Counted from the stretch's first letter, positions 49,744-60,118 are shown. The stretch: 64,000 nucleotides of DNA from a bacterium (GCA_009927045.1 RFNT01000062.1:3971-67970); one strand, 5' to 3'. The notes: generated by a model from the letters alone, not told the origin. A program made the numbers and translations.

Positions 49744-51207
49744 CTACTCCGTTTTTGTCTCGTTGAGAGGAGCTCTGACTTCTTTGACTCCTTGAGACAC
49801 CTTCTCGAAAATGTTCCAGGCTTTCAAATAACTGAATGCTTGTTGTAGTTGGAAATCAAGTTTGATCAATTCTTTTGGATCTTCAATACGCACTTTCTTT
49901 CCATTTTTCTCTTTAATCACACCAAAAAGTCGGTCTTGATTCTTACTGTCTTTTTCGTTCTTCTCTGTGCTTTGAGGACTGCGCTCTTCGGCCTTGCTCT
50001 CATTTTCACCCACTAAGTGATTTTCTAAGTCCGCTTCTTTCAGGAACTTACCTTCCCGAGCTTTTTCAAGAAGAGCCATATCGACTCGATCCACTTCGAT
50101 ATCTGGAACGATTCCTTTACCTTGAATCGAAATTCCATTGGGAGTGTAGTACCGAGCTACAGTGAGTTTTAGAGCGGATTTGTTTTCCAAATCAATCACC
50201 GTTTGTACGGACCCTTTACCAAAAGTGGGTTTCCCTACCACCAAACCCCGCTTGTGATCTTGAAGAGCACCGGCCACAATTTCTGAGGCGCTGGCGCTGG
50301 CTTCATTGACTAAAACAACGAGTTTTAAATTCTTAAAAGGAGCAGCACCCCGAGCGTACTCTACTTCCTTCTTCGCTTTGCTTCGGCCCATCGTGGAAAC
50401 AACCGGAACCTTCTCTAAAAAGAGACTCGACACATTGATCGCTTCTTCTAAGAGTCCACCTGGATTGTTTCTAAAGTCGAGAACAGCACCCATGAGTGGC
50501 TTTCCGTTATCTTTTGCCAGCTGCTCGAGCTTCTTTTTCACATCTCGCGATGTGCTGCTTTGAAATTGAACAATTCGAATCCAAGCATAATCTTTATCCA
50601 GAAGTCCGCCTTTAACAGCTGCTACTTTAATAATGTCACGAGTGATCTCAATGGGTTTAAGGCCTTGCACGCCTTTTCTCGCGACGTGAATAGTGACTTT
50701 AGTACCTTTTTCCCCTCGCATCAGATTCACAGCTTCTTGCAAGCTTAAATTTTTTGTTTCTTTTTTGAGGTTCTTGGCTTTGTCTTCAATCAGAATAATT
50801 TTGTCGCCTGGTTCTACACCCGCTAAAAACGCCGGAGTATCTTCGATGGGGGTCACAACGGTTAAATAGCCGTCATTGACATTGATTTCGATACCCAAGC
50901 CTCCAAATTTTCCCTGAGTGTCCACTTGCATTTCTTTGAACATTTCTGGAGAAAGATAAACCGTGTGAGGATCTAAAGTAGCCAACATCCCTTTGATGGC
51001 ACCTTCCATCAGTTTCTTGGTGTCTACTTCTTCCACATAGTTGGTTTGGACGAAGTGGAGAATTTTGGTGAATAAATCTAAATACTGATAATTGGGAGCT
51101 GCTTGACTCAAACTGTAGATACCGGCTCCGACTGTGAGCCCCGCTCCAATAAATACTGCTAGGAAAAATACGATGACCGGACGTGCTTTGAATTTCATGA
51201 GACGCAA
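49744..51207 (-). CDS. ctpA: Carboxy-terminal processing protease (S41 family, CtpA/Prc)
   Basis: PDZ 'GYLTVVTPIEDTPAFLAGVEPGDKIILIE' followed by the S41 catalytic region 'GAVLDFRNNPGG...'. Confidence 0.85.
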   Translation of the reverse strand: MRLMKFKARPVIVFFLAVFIGAGLTVGAGIYSLSQAAPNYQYLDLFTKILHFVQTNYVEEVDTKKLMEGAIKGMLATLDPHTVYLSPEMFKEMQVDTQGKFGGLGIEINVNDGYLTVVTPIEDTPAFLAGVEPGDKIILIEDKAKNLKKETKNLSLQEAVNLMRGEKGTKVTIHVARKGVQGLKPIEITRDIIKVAAVKGGLLDKDYAWIRIVQFQSSTSRDVKKKLEQLAKDNGKPLMGAVLDFRNNPGGLLEEAINVSSLFLEKVPVVSTMGRSKAKKEVEYARGAAPFKNLKLVVLVNEASASASEIVAGALQDHKRGLVVGKPTFGKGSVQTVIDLENKSALKLTVARYYTPNGISIQGKGIVPDIEVDRVDMALLEKAREGKFLKEADLENHLVGENESKAEERSPQSTEKNEKDSKNQDRLFGVIKEKNGKKVRIEDPKELIKLDFQLQQAFSYLKAWNIFEKVSQGVKEVRAPLNETKTE

Positions 51208-51337
51208 CTCCTTGATACTCCCCTATCGGTACTTTGGAAGCATTTCCTAAACGGCTTGAAGGGCTGGAATTGTGAAGTTTTCTTCACATTGTTGCACAGC
51301 TCTAGCAACCCAAATTGACGCGATGTATAATATCGGA

Positions 51338-53200
51338 ATGGGGTCGCTCCAAACGGTTCGCAATACTCGAGGCCAAGTGGCCATTTTATTTGCCCTCGTG
51401 TTTACTTTTTTGTTCGTGCTCTTTGCTTTCGTCGTTGATTTCGGTCATCTCATTCAAAATAAAATGAACTTACAAATTGCGGCCGATGCAGCAGCTTATG
51501 CAGGAGCTGCTTGGCAAGCTCGAGCGCTCAATCAAATGGGTGCTGTGAACTATCACATGCGACAAGACTACAAAGAAATGGTCATGCGCATGCAAGTGAC
51601 TCACACGCGACACAACTTGAACTTTCCTAGAACACGAGGGGATCTTTCCGGACCCATTGAAAGATTGCCCCAAGGTTACTCCAGCCCCATGGTTTGCCAA
51701 CAAGCTCACGGTTTTGAAACCGTCCGCGGTAGACGGTACGCCAATAATACGAACTTGTGTCGAAATGCGGATCCTCGCAGTGGGGGTTTGCCTCCCATCG
51801 TGGTTCCCCCCGTGCTCGCTCCGTTCGACCCGTTCTCCGTTGCAATCGCTCGCCAGATTCAGGAAATTCAAAGACAAGCAGATATCGAGTGTGACCAGGG
51901 TAAAGAGGACAATGAACGCTTAGTGAATCACATGATTTCTGTTTTTGGTCGCCCCATCGGACAACCTCAGTGGGGTCTTCGTCCGGCGTTTCATCAGCAG
52001 CAAATGGAAAGTTTAGAGACTTATATTAATTCAGCGGCTCAGGAAGATGCTCAAACTAGCTCCCACCCGATGTTAGTCGCTGCACGAGAATCCGCCCGTA
52101 AAAACCTCACAGAAAGTAATAAAGGCGATTTCAAATTTGAGCTTTTAGCTCCAGAGGGTTCGGAGTTTGTGAACATCAATCCCATCATTGCTGCTAACGT
52201 AGCCCTTTATTTTGATTTTCAAAGTCGTGGCAGCGCGTGCGTTGCTTTGATTGGCCAAAAGTTTTTTGAATCTCTAGTAGGTTATGAAAAGGACCCTCGC
52301 ATTTTGACTTACTTTGGAGTGAAGCTCACTTCCAAACCCCAAATGCTCTTCATGCCACAAGCTTGGCTAGATGCCGGCTTTCCCACTTTAGAGGCTTATG
52401 CGTTAGCAAAGCCTTTTGGGAGTCGGATTGGCCCTCAGGCGACAACCGATGCTTTGATAGCAGTTCCCAGAAGCAATCAACAAAGCAGATTGCTCGATTA
52501 TAGCGTGGTTCCTTTTAATCAAACCGCCGGAGGCGGCAGAAGTGCTAAATTACTTGCCTATTTCGATTCACTCCACCCAAGAAACGAAATCGGGAATCCC
52601 CAAGGGAATCGAAATAGCGGATGGCCAGAACCTTTTAAGAATGATCAACTCAGAGCTCCTCTTCAAGCAGTGCGGGCGCCGACTATTTTTGATGCGCTTT
52701 TTTACACGGTTTTTCCAGATCCAGGGAGCAACCTCAATGATGATTACTTAGAACCTCAATTCGCCGAAGCCCTCTATCCCGATAACGTAGAGGCTGCAGG
52801 TCCTAACAATCAGATCATTTCTCAAAGCAGAAAACCAGCCACCACCAGTTATTTAGAAATGAAAGTGAACGCAGCAGACGGCCTGAATGGACCTCACTAT
52901 GATAATTACGCTTCTGAACACCCCGGCACCCATTCCACTACAGGCCCTTTGAGTTTGCCCGGACTCTCGGATCCCAACACAGCAAAAGCTTTTGGGTTTG
53001 CTACCAAAGAGGTCTATCACAGTGCCTGGGCTCCTGAGGGCGATGTAGAGTTTGGTAGGGGCCGAATTGGCTACGGAGTAAAATATTTGAGTATTGATAC
53101 TTTGATGGAGCGTTTGGAAAACCGAACGGGTTCGGGAGAACGCATTGAAATTGAAAACAAACCCCGCTTTGAGCCCAACCTAAGAGCCATTAAGCACTAG
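51338..53200 (+). CDS. TadE/TadG-like pilus-assembly (Flp/Tad pseudopilin-like) protein, large
   Basis: N-terminal 'RGQVAILFALVFTFLFVLFAFVVDFGHLIQNKMNLQIAADAAAYAGA' is the Tad-like motif. I chose the internal start 'MGSLQTV'. Confidence 0.55.
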   Translation: MGSLQTVRNTRGQVAILFALVFTFLFVLFAFVVDFGHLIQNKMNLQIAADAAAYAGAAWQARALNQMGAVNYHMRQDYKEMVMRMQVTHTRHNLNFPRTRGDLSGPIERLPQGYSSPMVCQQAHGFETVRGRRYANNTNLCRNADPRSGGLPPIVVPPVLAPFDPFSVAIARQIQEIQRQADIECDQGKEDNERLVNHMISVFGRPIGQPQWGLRPAFHQQQMESLETYINSAAQEDAQTSSHPMLVAARESARKNLTESNKGDFKFELLAPEGSEFVNINPIIAANVALYFDFQSRGSACVALIGQKFFESLVGYEKDPRILTYFGVKLTSKPQMLFMPQAWLDAGFPTLEAYALAKPFGSRIGPQATTDALIAVPRSNQQSRLLDYSVVPFNQTAGGGRSAKLLAYFDSLHPRNEIGNPQGNRNSGWPEPFKNDQLRAPLQAVRAPTIFDALFYTVFPDPGSNLNDDYLEPQFAEALYPDNVEAAGPNNQIISQSRKPATTSYLEMKVNAADGLNGPHYDNYASEHPGTHSTTGPLSLPGLSDPNTAKAFGFATKEVYHSAWAPEGDVEFGRGRIGYGVKYLSIDTLMERLENRTGSGERIEIENKPRFEPNLRAIKH

Positions 53201-53235
53201 ACACCTTTTAGATTCCGTGGGAGCTTTGGGACCTC

Positions 53236-54228
53236 ATGAAACTGCTTGCCGTTGATACGTCCTGCGATGATTCCTGTGTAGCCATCATCGATACCGAACA
53301 GTGGAAACTCCTGTCGGAGACGGTAATTTCTCATATTGAACCCATGAAAAAATTCGGAGGGATTGTTCCCGAAATTGCAAGCCGTGAACACTTAAAAGCA
53401 CTGCCCTTGGCGGTGGAAGAGTGTCTAAAAAAGGCCCACCTCCAGCTCTCGGAGATTGATTGGTTCGGAGTTACGCACCGGCCTGGCCTGATTGGAGCGC
53501 TCTTGGTGGGCGTGTCTTACGTTAAAGGACTCGCCTTTGCCACCGGGAAACCCTTCTCAGTGTTTAATCATATTGAAGCTCATTTATTTTCCCCTCTCCT
53601 CGCAACGTTAGAAGGTGAAACCGTACCGGCTTTTCCTTGGATTGCCCTAGTGGTGAGTGGAGGACATACCGAACTTTTTCATGTAACCGAGACTCTGCAA
53701 TATCACTGGCTGGGCGGCACCCTTGACGATGCTGCTGGGGAAGCTTTTGACAAAGTAGGAAAGCTGGTCGGCATGGCCTATCCCGCCGGACCTACAATTG
53801 ATCGCTGGGTGAGAGAAAGCGCCTCTGAAACCCAACGAAAAATCCCATTTCCTAGAGCTCAAGTGGAAGGCCTTCAGTTTTCTTTTTCGGGACTTAAAAC
53901 AGCCGTGGCACTGTATGTTCAAAAATCAAACTTAGAAGCAGAAAAATTAGCCATCGTAGCTTCTGCACAAGAGGCCATTGTAGATCAGCTTGTGGAAAAA
54001 ACACGCTTTGCTGCTCAGCAGTTTCCTCAGGCTAAAATAGTGGTTACTGGGGGAGTTGCTTGCAATAGTCGCCTCCGAGAAAAATTAAGCGAAGCTTATT
54101 TCCCAGCAATCCGTCACTGCACAGACAATGCCGCAATGGTGGCTGTATTGGCGGGGCTTTACAAAAGAACGGAAAAACTAACCGCGGCTCCTTGGACGGC
54201 CACCGCTCACTCCTCAGGAGATTTTTAA
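53236..54228 (+). CDS. tsaD: tRNA N6-adenosine threonylcarbamoyltransferase TsaD
   Basis: 'LAVDTSCDDSCVAI', 'LVVSGGHTEL', 'VVTGGVACNSRLRE' Kae1/TsaD signatures. Confidence 0.85.
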   Translation: MKLLAVDTSCDDSCVAIIDTEQWKLLSETVISHIEPMKKFGGIVPEIASREHLKALPLAVEECLKKAHLQLSEIDWFGVTHRPGLIGALLVGVSYVKGLAFATGKPFSVFNHIEAHLFSPLLATLEGETVPAFPWIALVVSGGHTELFHVTETLQYHWLGGTLDDAAGEAFDKVGKLVGMAYPAGPTIDRWVRESASETQRKIPFPRAQVEGLQFSFSGLKTAVALYVQKSNLEAEKLAIVASAQEAIVDQLVEKTRFAAQQFPQAKIVVTGGVACNSRLREKLSEAYFPAIRHCTDNAAMVAVLAGLYKRTEKLTAAPWTATAHSSGDF

Positions 54229-55032
54229 GTGGCTCACCCTCGAGAGATTTTAAAGCAATTAGGGGCAAGTCCGTTAAAAGCTTTGAGTCAAAACTTTCTC
54301 ACATCTCCTCACTGGGCTGAGAAATTAGTGGAAGCTCTTCTGAAGGATTCCTCAGCTGATGAACATTGGGAAGTCGGGCCCGGATTGGGAGCTCTCACCG
54401 AAGTGCTCGTGGAAACATCTAAAAAACCTGTCCGTCTTTTTGAAATCGATAGAAAACTGTCAAAATATCTGAGGGAACGATTTCCACAAGTACCCTTGCA
54501 AGAAGGTGATTTCTTAGAAAGCAATATCGCTGAAGAACTCTCCCCCTCTCGCACCTGTGCTATTTTGAGTAACCTGCCCTACCACCTTTCTTCACCCATG
54601 ATCTTCAAAATGGCGGAATACAAATCACAGGTCACTCATTTTGTGTTCACTTTTCAAAAAGAATTTGCAGACCGCCTCACCGCTGCCCCGGGCACAAAAA
54701 ATTATGGGGCTTTAACAGTCATCACGGAACTGCATTTCAATCTTGAAAATTTAGGGACACTCCCTGCGGGTGCTTTTTATCCACCGCCCAGTGTCTCCTC
54801 TCAAGCCATTCGCTTTTCGCCCAAACCGAATGTCCCGAATGAAACCGGCTTGGTGGCACTCATTAAACTGGCGTTTGCTCACCGACGAAAACAACTCGCT
54901 GGGAATCTCAGAGCCGGTTTTCCTGATGTGGATTGGGAAAAAATGCTCTTAGATCTCGGAAAACCTCCCACGTGCCGAGCCGAGAATTTGAGTCTGAACG
55001 ATTTTCAAAAATTGTATAATTATATTAAGTAG
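54229..55032 (+). CDS. rsmA: 16S rRNA (adenine1518/1519-N6)-dimethyltransferase RsmA/KsgA
   Basis: 'LSQNFL' motif near the N-terminus and an 'ILSNLPY' SAM-methyltransferase block. Confidence 0.85.
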   Translation: MAHPREILKQLGASPLKALSQNFLTSPHWAEKLVEALLKDSSADEHWEVGPGLGALTEVLVETSKKPVRLFEIDRKLSKYLRERFPQVPLQEGDFLESNIAEELSPSRTCAILSNLPYHLSSPMIFKMAEYKSQVTHFVFTFQKEFADRLTAAPGTKNYGALTVITELHFNLENLGTLPAGAFYPPPSVSSQAIRFSPKPNVPNETGLVALIKLAFAHRRKQLAGNLRAGFPDVDWEKMLLDLGKPPTCRAENLSLNDFQKLYNYIK

Positions 55033-55053
55033 ATACAGTTCAATTGGCGACCT

Positions 55054-56397
55054 TTGATACTTGTGACGCGTTGTGGTATAACCACCTCCGTGAAACTCAT
55101 TTTTTCAATAGCACTGGGCCTCTGGGGCGGAACCTTTGGTTGGGGGGCTTCACAAGCCCACACCTACGGCTTAGATGCTTCGAGTGTTGGACGGGCAGGC
55201 TCGGTTACAACTGAAGCCTCCAATCCCCATGCAGCTCTTTATAACCCGGCTTTGCTCGGTACCGTCTCCGAAAGTACCCTCGCATTCTCCACGCTCATTA
55301 CACAAGTTTCCGTGAACCCGATTGGCCCCGTTGTTTTACCAGAATCCCAAAGAAACTCAGAAGACCCCGTTTCCGGCACAGTGGCGATGCCCCGGCTTTC
55401 TCAAACTCGCTGGTCGCTGGGTCTGACGATTCCAGTCACTTTGAAAAAACTGTCCCGCAAAGTTGGCTTTGGATTTTCTGCATCTGGTCCTTACGAAAAA
55501 TTGCGTAGCTTCAATGCTTATGCCCCAGATGATTTTTATTCCGCTCGGTACGGAACTGCAGATGGCCAATTGAAGGGGACCACAAGCTTGGGAATAGAGC
55601 TCATCTCCAATCACTTGTTTTTTGGAGCTGGCTTATCTCTTTTCCTCAGTGGCGCAGGCACGGCAGAAACGACGCTTTCAGACAACCCCACTAGTCGCAT
55701 GAATTTAGATGTGGTTCTGCAAAGCGCTCCCGTAGTGGGCCTTTATGGCCAGTGGGACGCTTTCGCTTCAGCGCTGACTTATCATCAATCGATCCACCCT
55801 CAACTGGAACAAGCCATGAAAGCTCGAATTCAAATTCTAAAAAACACGAGTATTCAGCAACCCCTTTTCATGAAAGGCTCTTTGTACTACGAGCCAGAAA
55901 TGCTGGAGTGGGAAGTTCAGAATCAGTGGAATCGATGGCTTGTCTCCGCCGGGCTTTCGTATCAACTTTGGAACCGGTATCAAGCGCCGATTCTCATCAC
56001 AGAAACACAAGATGCAGAAGGCACTCGTTATCAAACTCAAGATACTCAGGTCAGTGCCCAGAACACGTGGAATCCTCGCTGTTCTTTGAGCTATGAGTTT
56101 TCCCGATCTTGGTCGACTTCTCTGGGATATCAGTTTCGCCCAACGCCTTTCACCAATCTTTCAGGTTCCTCTAATCTCTTAGATTCTAATACCCACATCC
56201 TGGGGGCTTCCATTCGCACCCAATGGGTTGAAAACGGTCTTTTTGAGGGCCCCTTGGGCTTAGGAGTCTTTGGTCAATACCATCACTTCGAGAAAAGAAC
56301 CTTCTCCAAAACGGATGCCACTCGTGCCGGCTATCCCGAAGTCCACTTCTCGGGAAATGCTTTCCTAGTGGGGGTTTCCGCAGAAGTGCCACTCTAG
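55054..56397 (+). CDS. Outer-membrane beta-barrel protein, FadL/TodX-like
   Basis: Signal peptide, then a FadL-like N-terminus 'GLDASSVGRAGSVTTEASNPHAALYNPALLG', and alternating beta-strand pattern throughout. Confidence 0.45.
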   Translation: MILVTRCGITTSVKLIFSIALGLWGGTFGWGASQAHTYGLDASSVGRAGSVTTEASNPHAALYNPALLGTVSESTLAFSTLITQVSVNPIGPVVLPESQRNSEDPVSGTVAMPRLSQTRWSLGLTIPVTLKKLSRKVGFGFSASGPYEKLRSFNAYAPDDFYSARYGTADGQLKGTTSLGIELISNHLFFGAGLSLFLSGAGTAETTLSDNPTSRMNLDVVLQSAPVVGLYGQWDAFASALTYHQSIHPQLEQAMKARIQILKNTSIQQPLFMKGSLYYEPEMLEWEVQNQWNRWLVSAGLSYQLWNRYQAPILITETQDAEGTRYQTQDTQVSAQNTWNPRCSLSYEFSRSWSTSLGYQFRPTPFTNLSGSSNLLDSNTHILGASIRTQWVENGLFEGPLGLGVFGQYHHFEKRTFSKTDATRAGYPEVHFSGNAFLVGVSAEVPL

Positions 56398-56439
56398 GAA
56401 ATTGAGGCAAACTGGGGTAGAGTCCTAGCCCATAAAGCC

Positions 56440-57264
56440 ATGCCAAAACCGACTAAAAAAACAGCTGACGGGTTTCAAAAACTGAAACACGCTTCTCAGC
56501 CATGGAACAAAATCGTATGTGTTACTGCTTACGATTACACCACGGCTAAGTGGGTCGATCCGGAAGTGGATATCGTGCTCGTGGGGGATTCTCTCGGAAT
56601 GGTCGTGCAGGGACATCCGAACACATTGTCGGTGACTTTAGAGCACATGATCTACCACAGTCAGTGTGTTGCTCGAGGCATTCAACTAGCGCATCTGTGC
56701 GTGGATATGCCATTTATGACATATCAAGTGAATCCGGAAGAAGCTTTGCGAAATGCCGGACGATTGATTGCGGAAGGCAGTGCTCATTCAGTGAAATTAG
56801 AAGGCGGAGTCACTTTTGCTCGAACGATTGAGAAAATTGTAAGTGCAGGCATTCCCGTTTTGGGTCACATTGGGCTCACTCCCCAGAGCGTCCATCAATT
56901 GGGCGGCTATAAAGTGCAAGGAAAAACCGCTTCAGAACGTGAAGCTCTCCTCCAAGACGCTCTAGCGGTAGAAGATTCCGGGGCCTACGCACTGGTTCTG
57001 GAAAGCATCCCTTCAGAACTCGCTCAAACCATTTCAGAACGAGTAAAAATTCCCACGATTGGGATTGGAGCTGGCCCTCACTGTGATGGCCAGGTTTTGG
57101 TGTTACACGATTTACTGGGACTGAATCCTGATTTTAAGCCAAAGTTTGTGAAACAGTATGCTCAGCTTTCTCATGAGCTCATTCGTGCCGTAAAAACGTT
57201 TGGAGACGAAGTGAGAAAGGCGCAGTTTCCCACTCAGGAACATTCGTTTTATGCTGGTTCTTAA
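56440..57264 (+). CDS. panB: 3-methyl-2-oxobutanoate hydroxymethyltransferase
   Basis: 'VTAYDYTTAKWVDPEVDIVLVGDSLGMVVQGH' PanB signature. Confidence 0.9.
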   Translation: MPKPTKKTADGFQKLKHASQPWNKIVCVTAYDYTTAKWVDPEVDIVLVGDSLGMVVQGHPNTLSVTLEHMIYHSQCVARGIQLAHLCVDMPFMTYQVNPEEALRNAGRLIAEGSAHSVKLEGGVTFARTIEKIVSAGIPVLGHIGLTPQSVHQLGGYKVQGKTASEREALLQDALAVEDSGAYALVLESIPSELAQTISERVKIPTIGIGAGPHCDGQVLVLHDLLGLNPDFKPKFVKQYAQLSHELIRAVKTFGDEVRKAQFPTQEHSFYAGS

Positions 57265-58108
57265 GACGGTTCGAGAAGCGCAGGAAGCACTCGGCCCTCT
57301 CAAAAACAAAAACACTCTAGCACTCGTTCCCACCATGGGATGTCTCCACCAAGGCCATTTAGCACTCGCTCATCGCGCCCGTGAAGTAGCAGACAAAGTG
57401 GTTGTCAGTATTTTTGTCAATCCGCTGCAGTTTGGTCCTCATGAGGACTTTGCTCAATACCCAAGGACTTTTGAAGCCGACAAAAAAATGCTGGAGGAAA
57501 TCGGAGTCGATTACTTATTCCATCCTGAAGCTTCAGATTTGTATCCACCGGGTTTTGCTTCCACCCTACGGACAGGAGCAATTGCAGAGATACTCTGTGG
57601 TCGTTTTCGTCCCGGTCATTTTGATGGAGTAGCAACTGTCTGCATGAAGCTCTTTCAAATCACCCACGCGGATTTTGCAGTGTTTGGAGAGAAAGATTAT
57701 CAGCAACTCCAAGTGATCCGACAAACAGTGCGAGATTTGAATGTGCCGGTAACCCTATTGCCGCATGCTACTGTTCGAGAAGCAGACGGCCTCGCTCTTT
57801 CTTCTCGGAACCGTTACCTTTCACCTGTTGAACGCAAATTAGCTAGCCAAGTACCAGAAGCTCTGCGCGCCATCCAGACTCAAGCACGAAAAAAACCAGA
57901 AACTTCTGTGCGGACACTTTTAGAGCTGGGGCACCAAGCACTCCAGTCGCTTGAAGTTCAATACTTAGAAATTACCAGTGGACCCGATCTCAAGCCAGCG
58001 GCACCCCAAATGCCCCTGAGTGCACTCAGAGAACCTCGCACTTTTTTAGCGGTAAAGATTGGCAAGACCCGTCTAATTGATAATATGAGCCTTGAGGTGC
58101 CCGTATGA
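57251..58108 (+). CDS. panC: Pantoate--beta-alanine ligase
   Basis: 'LVPTMGCLHQGHLAL', 'FVNPLQFGPHEDF' PanC signatures. Confidence 0.9.
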   Translation: MLVLKTVREAQEALGPLKNKNTLALVPTMGCLHQGHLALAHRAREVADKVVVSIFVNPLQFGPHEDFAQYPRTFEADKKMLEEIGVDYLFHPEASDLYPPGFASTLRTGAIAEILCGRFRPGHFDGVATVCMKLFQITHADFAVFGEKDYQQLQVIRQTVRDLNVPVTLLPHATVREADGLALSSRNRYLSPVERKLASQVPEALRAIQTQARKKPETSVRTLLELGHQALQSLEVQYLEITSGPDLKPAAPQMPLSALREPRTFLAVKIGKTRLIDNMSLEVPV

Positions 58109-58701
58109 TGAAAAAATTTCAACGTGCTTTTGTGACTGGGGTCCTTGTTTTGGTGCCGCTGTTCATCACCATCAACATCTTCCGCTGGTTTATCGAAGCA
58201 GTGGATGATGTCGCAAAACTTTACTTACCTGCTTTCATTTTAAAACTCGATTTTCCTGGTTTAGGGCTCGTCATTGCTGTGGTGCTCATCATGCTCATCG
58301 GGGTGCTCGCACAAAACTTTGCAGGGGAATGGCTTCTCAATGTGTTTGATAGCGCTTTGAGGCGCATCAAATTCATTGGGGGCATCTATGGAGCTATTCG
58401 AAAAGTGTTAGAGACCATTTTCACGCCTGGAAGCAATCGTTTCAGTGCGGCTGTTCTGCTCGAGTTTCCTCGTAAAGGCATGTACTCGATTGGATTCCGC
58501 ACTGGAAAACCGGATCCTAAAATTCCGGCGCAAGCAGAATCCCTAGTGAATGTCTTTGTACCTCTCACCCCCAATCCCACTTCAGGGTTTTACGTCATGG
58601 TTCCTGAAAGCGAGGTCACCCCACTCCCTATTTCTGTGCAGGAAGCTTTTAAGTTGGTCATTTCGTTAGGCATCGTCACTACGGAAGAGGCCCCCAAGTG
58701 A
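58105..58701 (+). CDS. DUF502 family membrane protein
   Basis: Two N-terminal TM helices plus a conserved DUF502 core. Stop/start overlaps on both sides place it in the panBC-smpB operon. Confidence 0.65.
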   Translation: MMKKFQRAFVTGVLVLVPLFITINIFRWFIEAVDDVAKLYLPAFILKLDFPGLGLVIAVVLIMLIGVLAQNFAGEWLLNVFDSALRRIKFIGGIYGAIRKVLETIFTPGSNRFSAAVLLEFPRKGMYSIGFRTGKPDPKIPAQAESLVNVFVPLTPNPTSGFYVMVPESEVTPLPISVQEAFKLVISLGIVTTEEAPK

Positions 58702-59180
58702 GCGAAAAAGAAACGGGCGGCGGTGGCATCAAGATCATTTGCGATAACCGAAAAGCCGGCCACCACTATTTTTTAGAAGACCGTTTTGAAGCCGGAATTG
58801 TTCTTACTGGAACTGAAGTAAAATCCTTGCGAACAGGAAAAGCGAATTTGCAAGATGCTTATGCCATTTTAAAAAATGGCGAGTTATTTTTGATCAATGC
58901 CCACATTGCACCTTATGCCCTGGGCAATCGTGCGAATCACGAACCGCTTCGAACTCGAAAGCTTTTGGTACATAAAGCTGAACTCAATAAACTCTTTGGA
59001 AAATCGGAAGTGCGCGGGTTCACTCTTATTCCCACCAAAATGTATTTCAAAAAAGGCCGTGCCAAAGTGGAAATTGCTCTCGCCAAAGGAAAAACTGGAA
59101 TCGACAAACGCAAAACCACCCAAGAACGCGAAGCGAAGCGTGAGTTAGCAAAAGTAGCTAAGCGAGCGCAACGAGGCTGA
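58698..59180 (+). CDS. smpB: SsrA-binding protein SmpB
   Basis: 'GIVLTGTEVKSLR', 'LLVHKAELNKL' SmpB signatures; 160 aa. Confidence 0.9.
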   Translation: MSEKETGGGGIKIICDNRKAGHHYFLEDRFEAGIVLTGTEVKSLRTGKANLQDAYAILKNGELFLINAHIAPYALGNRANHEPLRTRKLLVHKAELNKLFGKSEVRGFTLIPTKMYFKKGRAKVEIALAKGKTGIDKRKTTQEREAKRELAKVAKRAQRG

Positions 59181-59265
59181 GCTCCCTTTAACCCCAAGCG
59201 GCTTTCCATGTCCCTGCCCGATCCAGTAAAATAAGATGGTTTTTTACACTTCCTAAAGGAGCCCC

Positions 59266-59961
59266 ATGAAAACCTTCTTCGCACTCTCCTGTTTCATCTT
59301 CACAGGCCTTGCCCTCTCCGATGCGGGCCTCCATGAAAAAACAACTTCAAAGCTTCCTTCGAATGTCTTAAAAAAGGCATCGCGTCCCCTAGCCAATGAC
59401 GCATTTGATCTCGAAGGCATTCCACTCACTGCGGCGGAAGTGATGCAAGGCGATTGGGCCCCAGATGAAGAAGGCGGGTGTGATCTCGTAAAAGGCTGCG
59501 CCTATAAAAATAAAAAAACGGGCGAAGTTCGCTATATATCAGAAGCAGAAAAAAAGAAGCTTGCGATAAAAAAAGAGGAGGCTTCACAAGAGGAATCTCC
59601 CTCCAAGTCTTCTGGCATCAAAGAACTCAAAGACCAAGGGACTTATGAAGCAGCTTTCACCAGCAGCACCGATAAAAAAGCACTCGTGATGGTTTTCAGC
59701 GCTGAGGACTGTCCTCCTTGTCGAGCTCTCAAATCAAAGCTGCAGAATGGGTCCTTTGAAGACCTCGCCATTTATACCGCTACACGGCCCAGCTATCGCT
59801 CAGTTTCAGGTCATCCCCTCCACGAGGATAAGAAAGCAGCACTCGGAGCCGGAGTCCCCGTTGCTTTTATCTATACAAAAGATGAAAACGGGAAGTGGCA
59901 GGGCAAAACTTTTCGTGGAAGCCAAATCTTTCCAGCTATCGAAGCGGTGAATTCTCCATAA
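59266..59961 (+). CDS. Secreted thioredoxin-like protein (CPPC motif)
   Basis: Signal peptide 'MKTFFALSCFIFTGLALS' and 'LVMVFSAEDCPPCRALKSKL'. AAGGAG lies 5 nt upstream of the ATG. Confidence 0.55.
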   Translation: MKTFFALSCFIFTGLALSDAGLHEKTTSKLPSNVLKKASRPLANDAFDLEGIPLTAAEVMQGDWAPDEEGGCDLVKGCAYKNKKTGEVRYISEAEKKKLAIKKEEASQEESPSKSSGIKELKDQGTYEAAFTSSTDKKALVMVFSAEDCPPCRALKSKLQNGSFEDLAIYTATRPSYRSVSGHPLHEDKKAALGAGVPVAFIYTKDENGKWQGKTFRGSQIFPAIEAVNSP

Positions 59962-59983
59962 GCAGTATTCAGACTGTTCAATG

Positions 59984-60010
59984 AATACACACTCAAAAGG
60001 TGTATTCAAA
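59984..60010 (+). promoter_or_regulatory. Perfect 9-bp inverted repeat TGAATACAC-N9-GTGTATTCA upstream of the giant ORF
   Basis: Seen directly at 59984-59992 / 60002-60010. There is no downstream T-run, so it is more operator-like than terminator-like. Confidence 0.35.
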
Positions 60011-60118
60011 ATAGCCGATTTTCACATTCTTCAAATTTCCAACCCACTGAATTTCCTTTGATTTTGCAATGCCCTCCCTGGCCGAAGTTTTGAATACTTT
60101 CCGATCAAAGGATTCATT

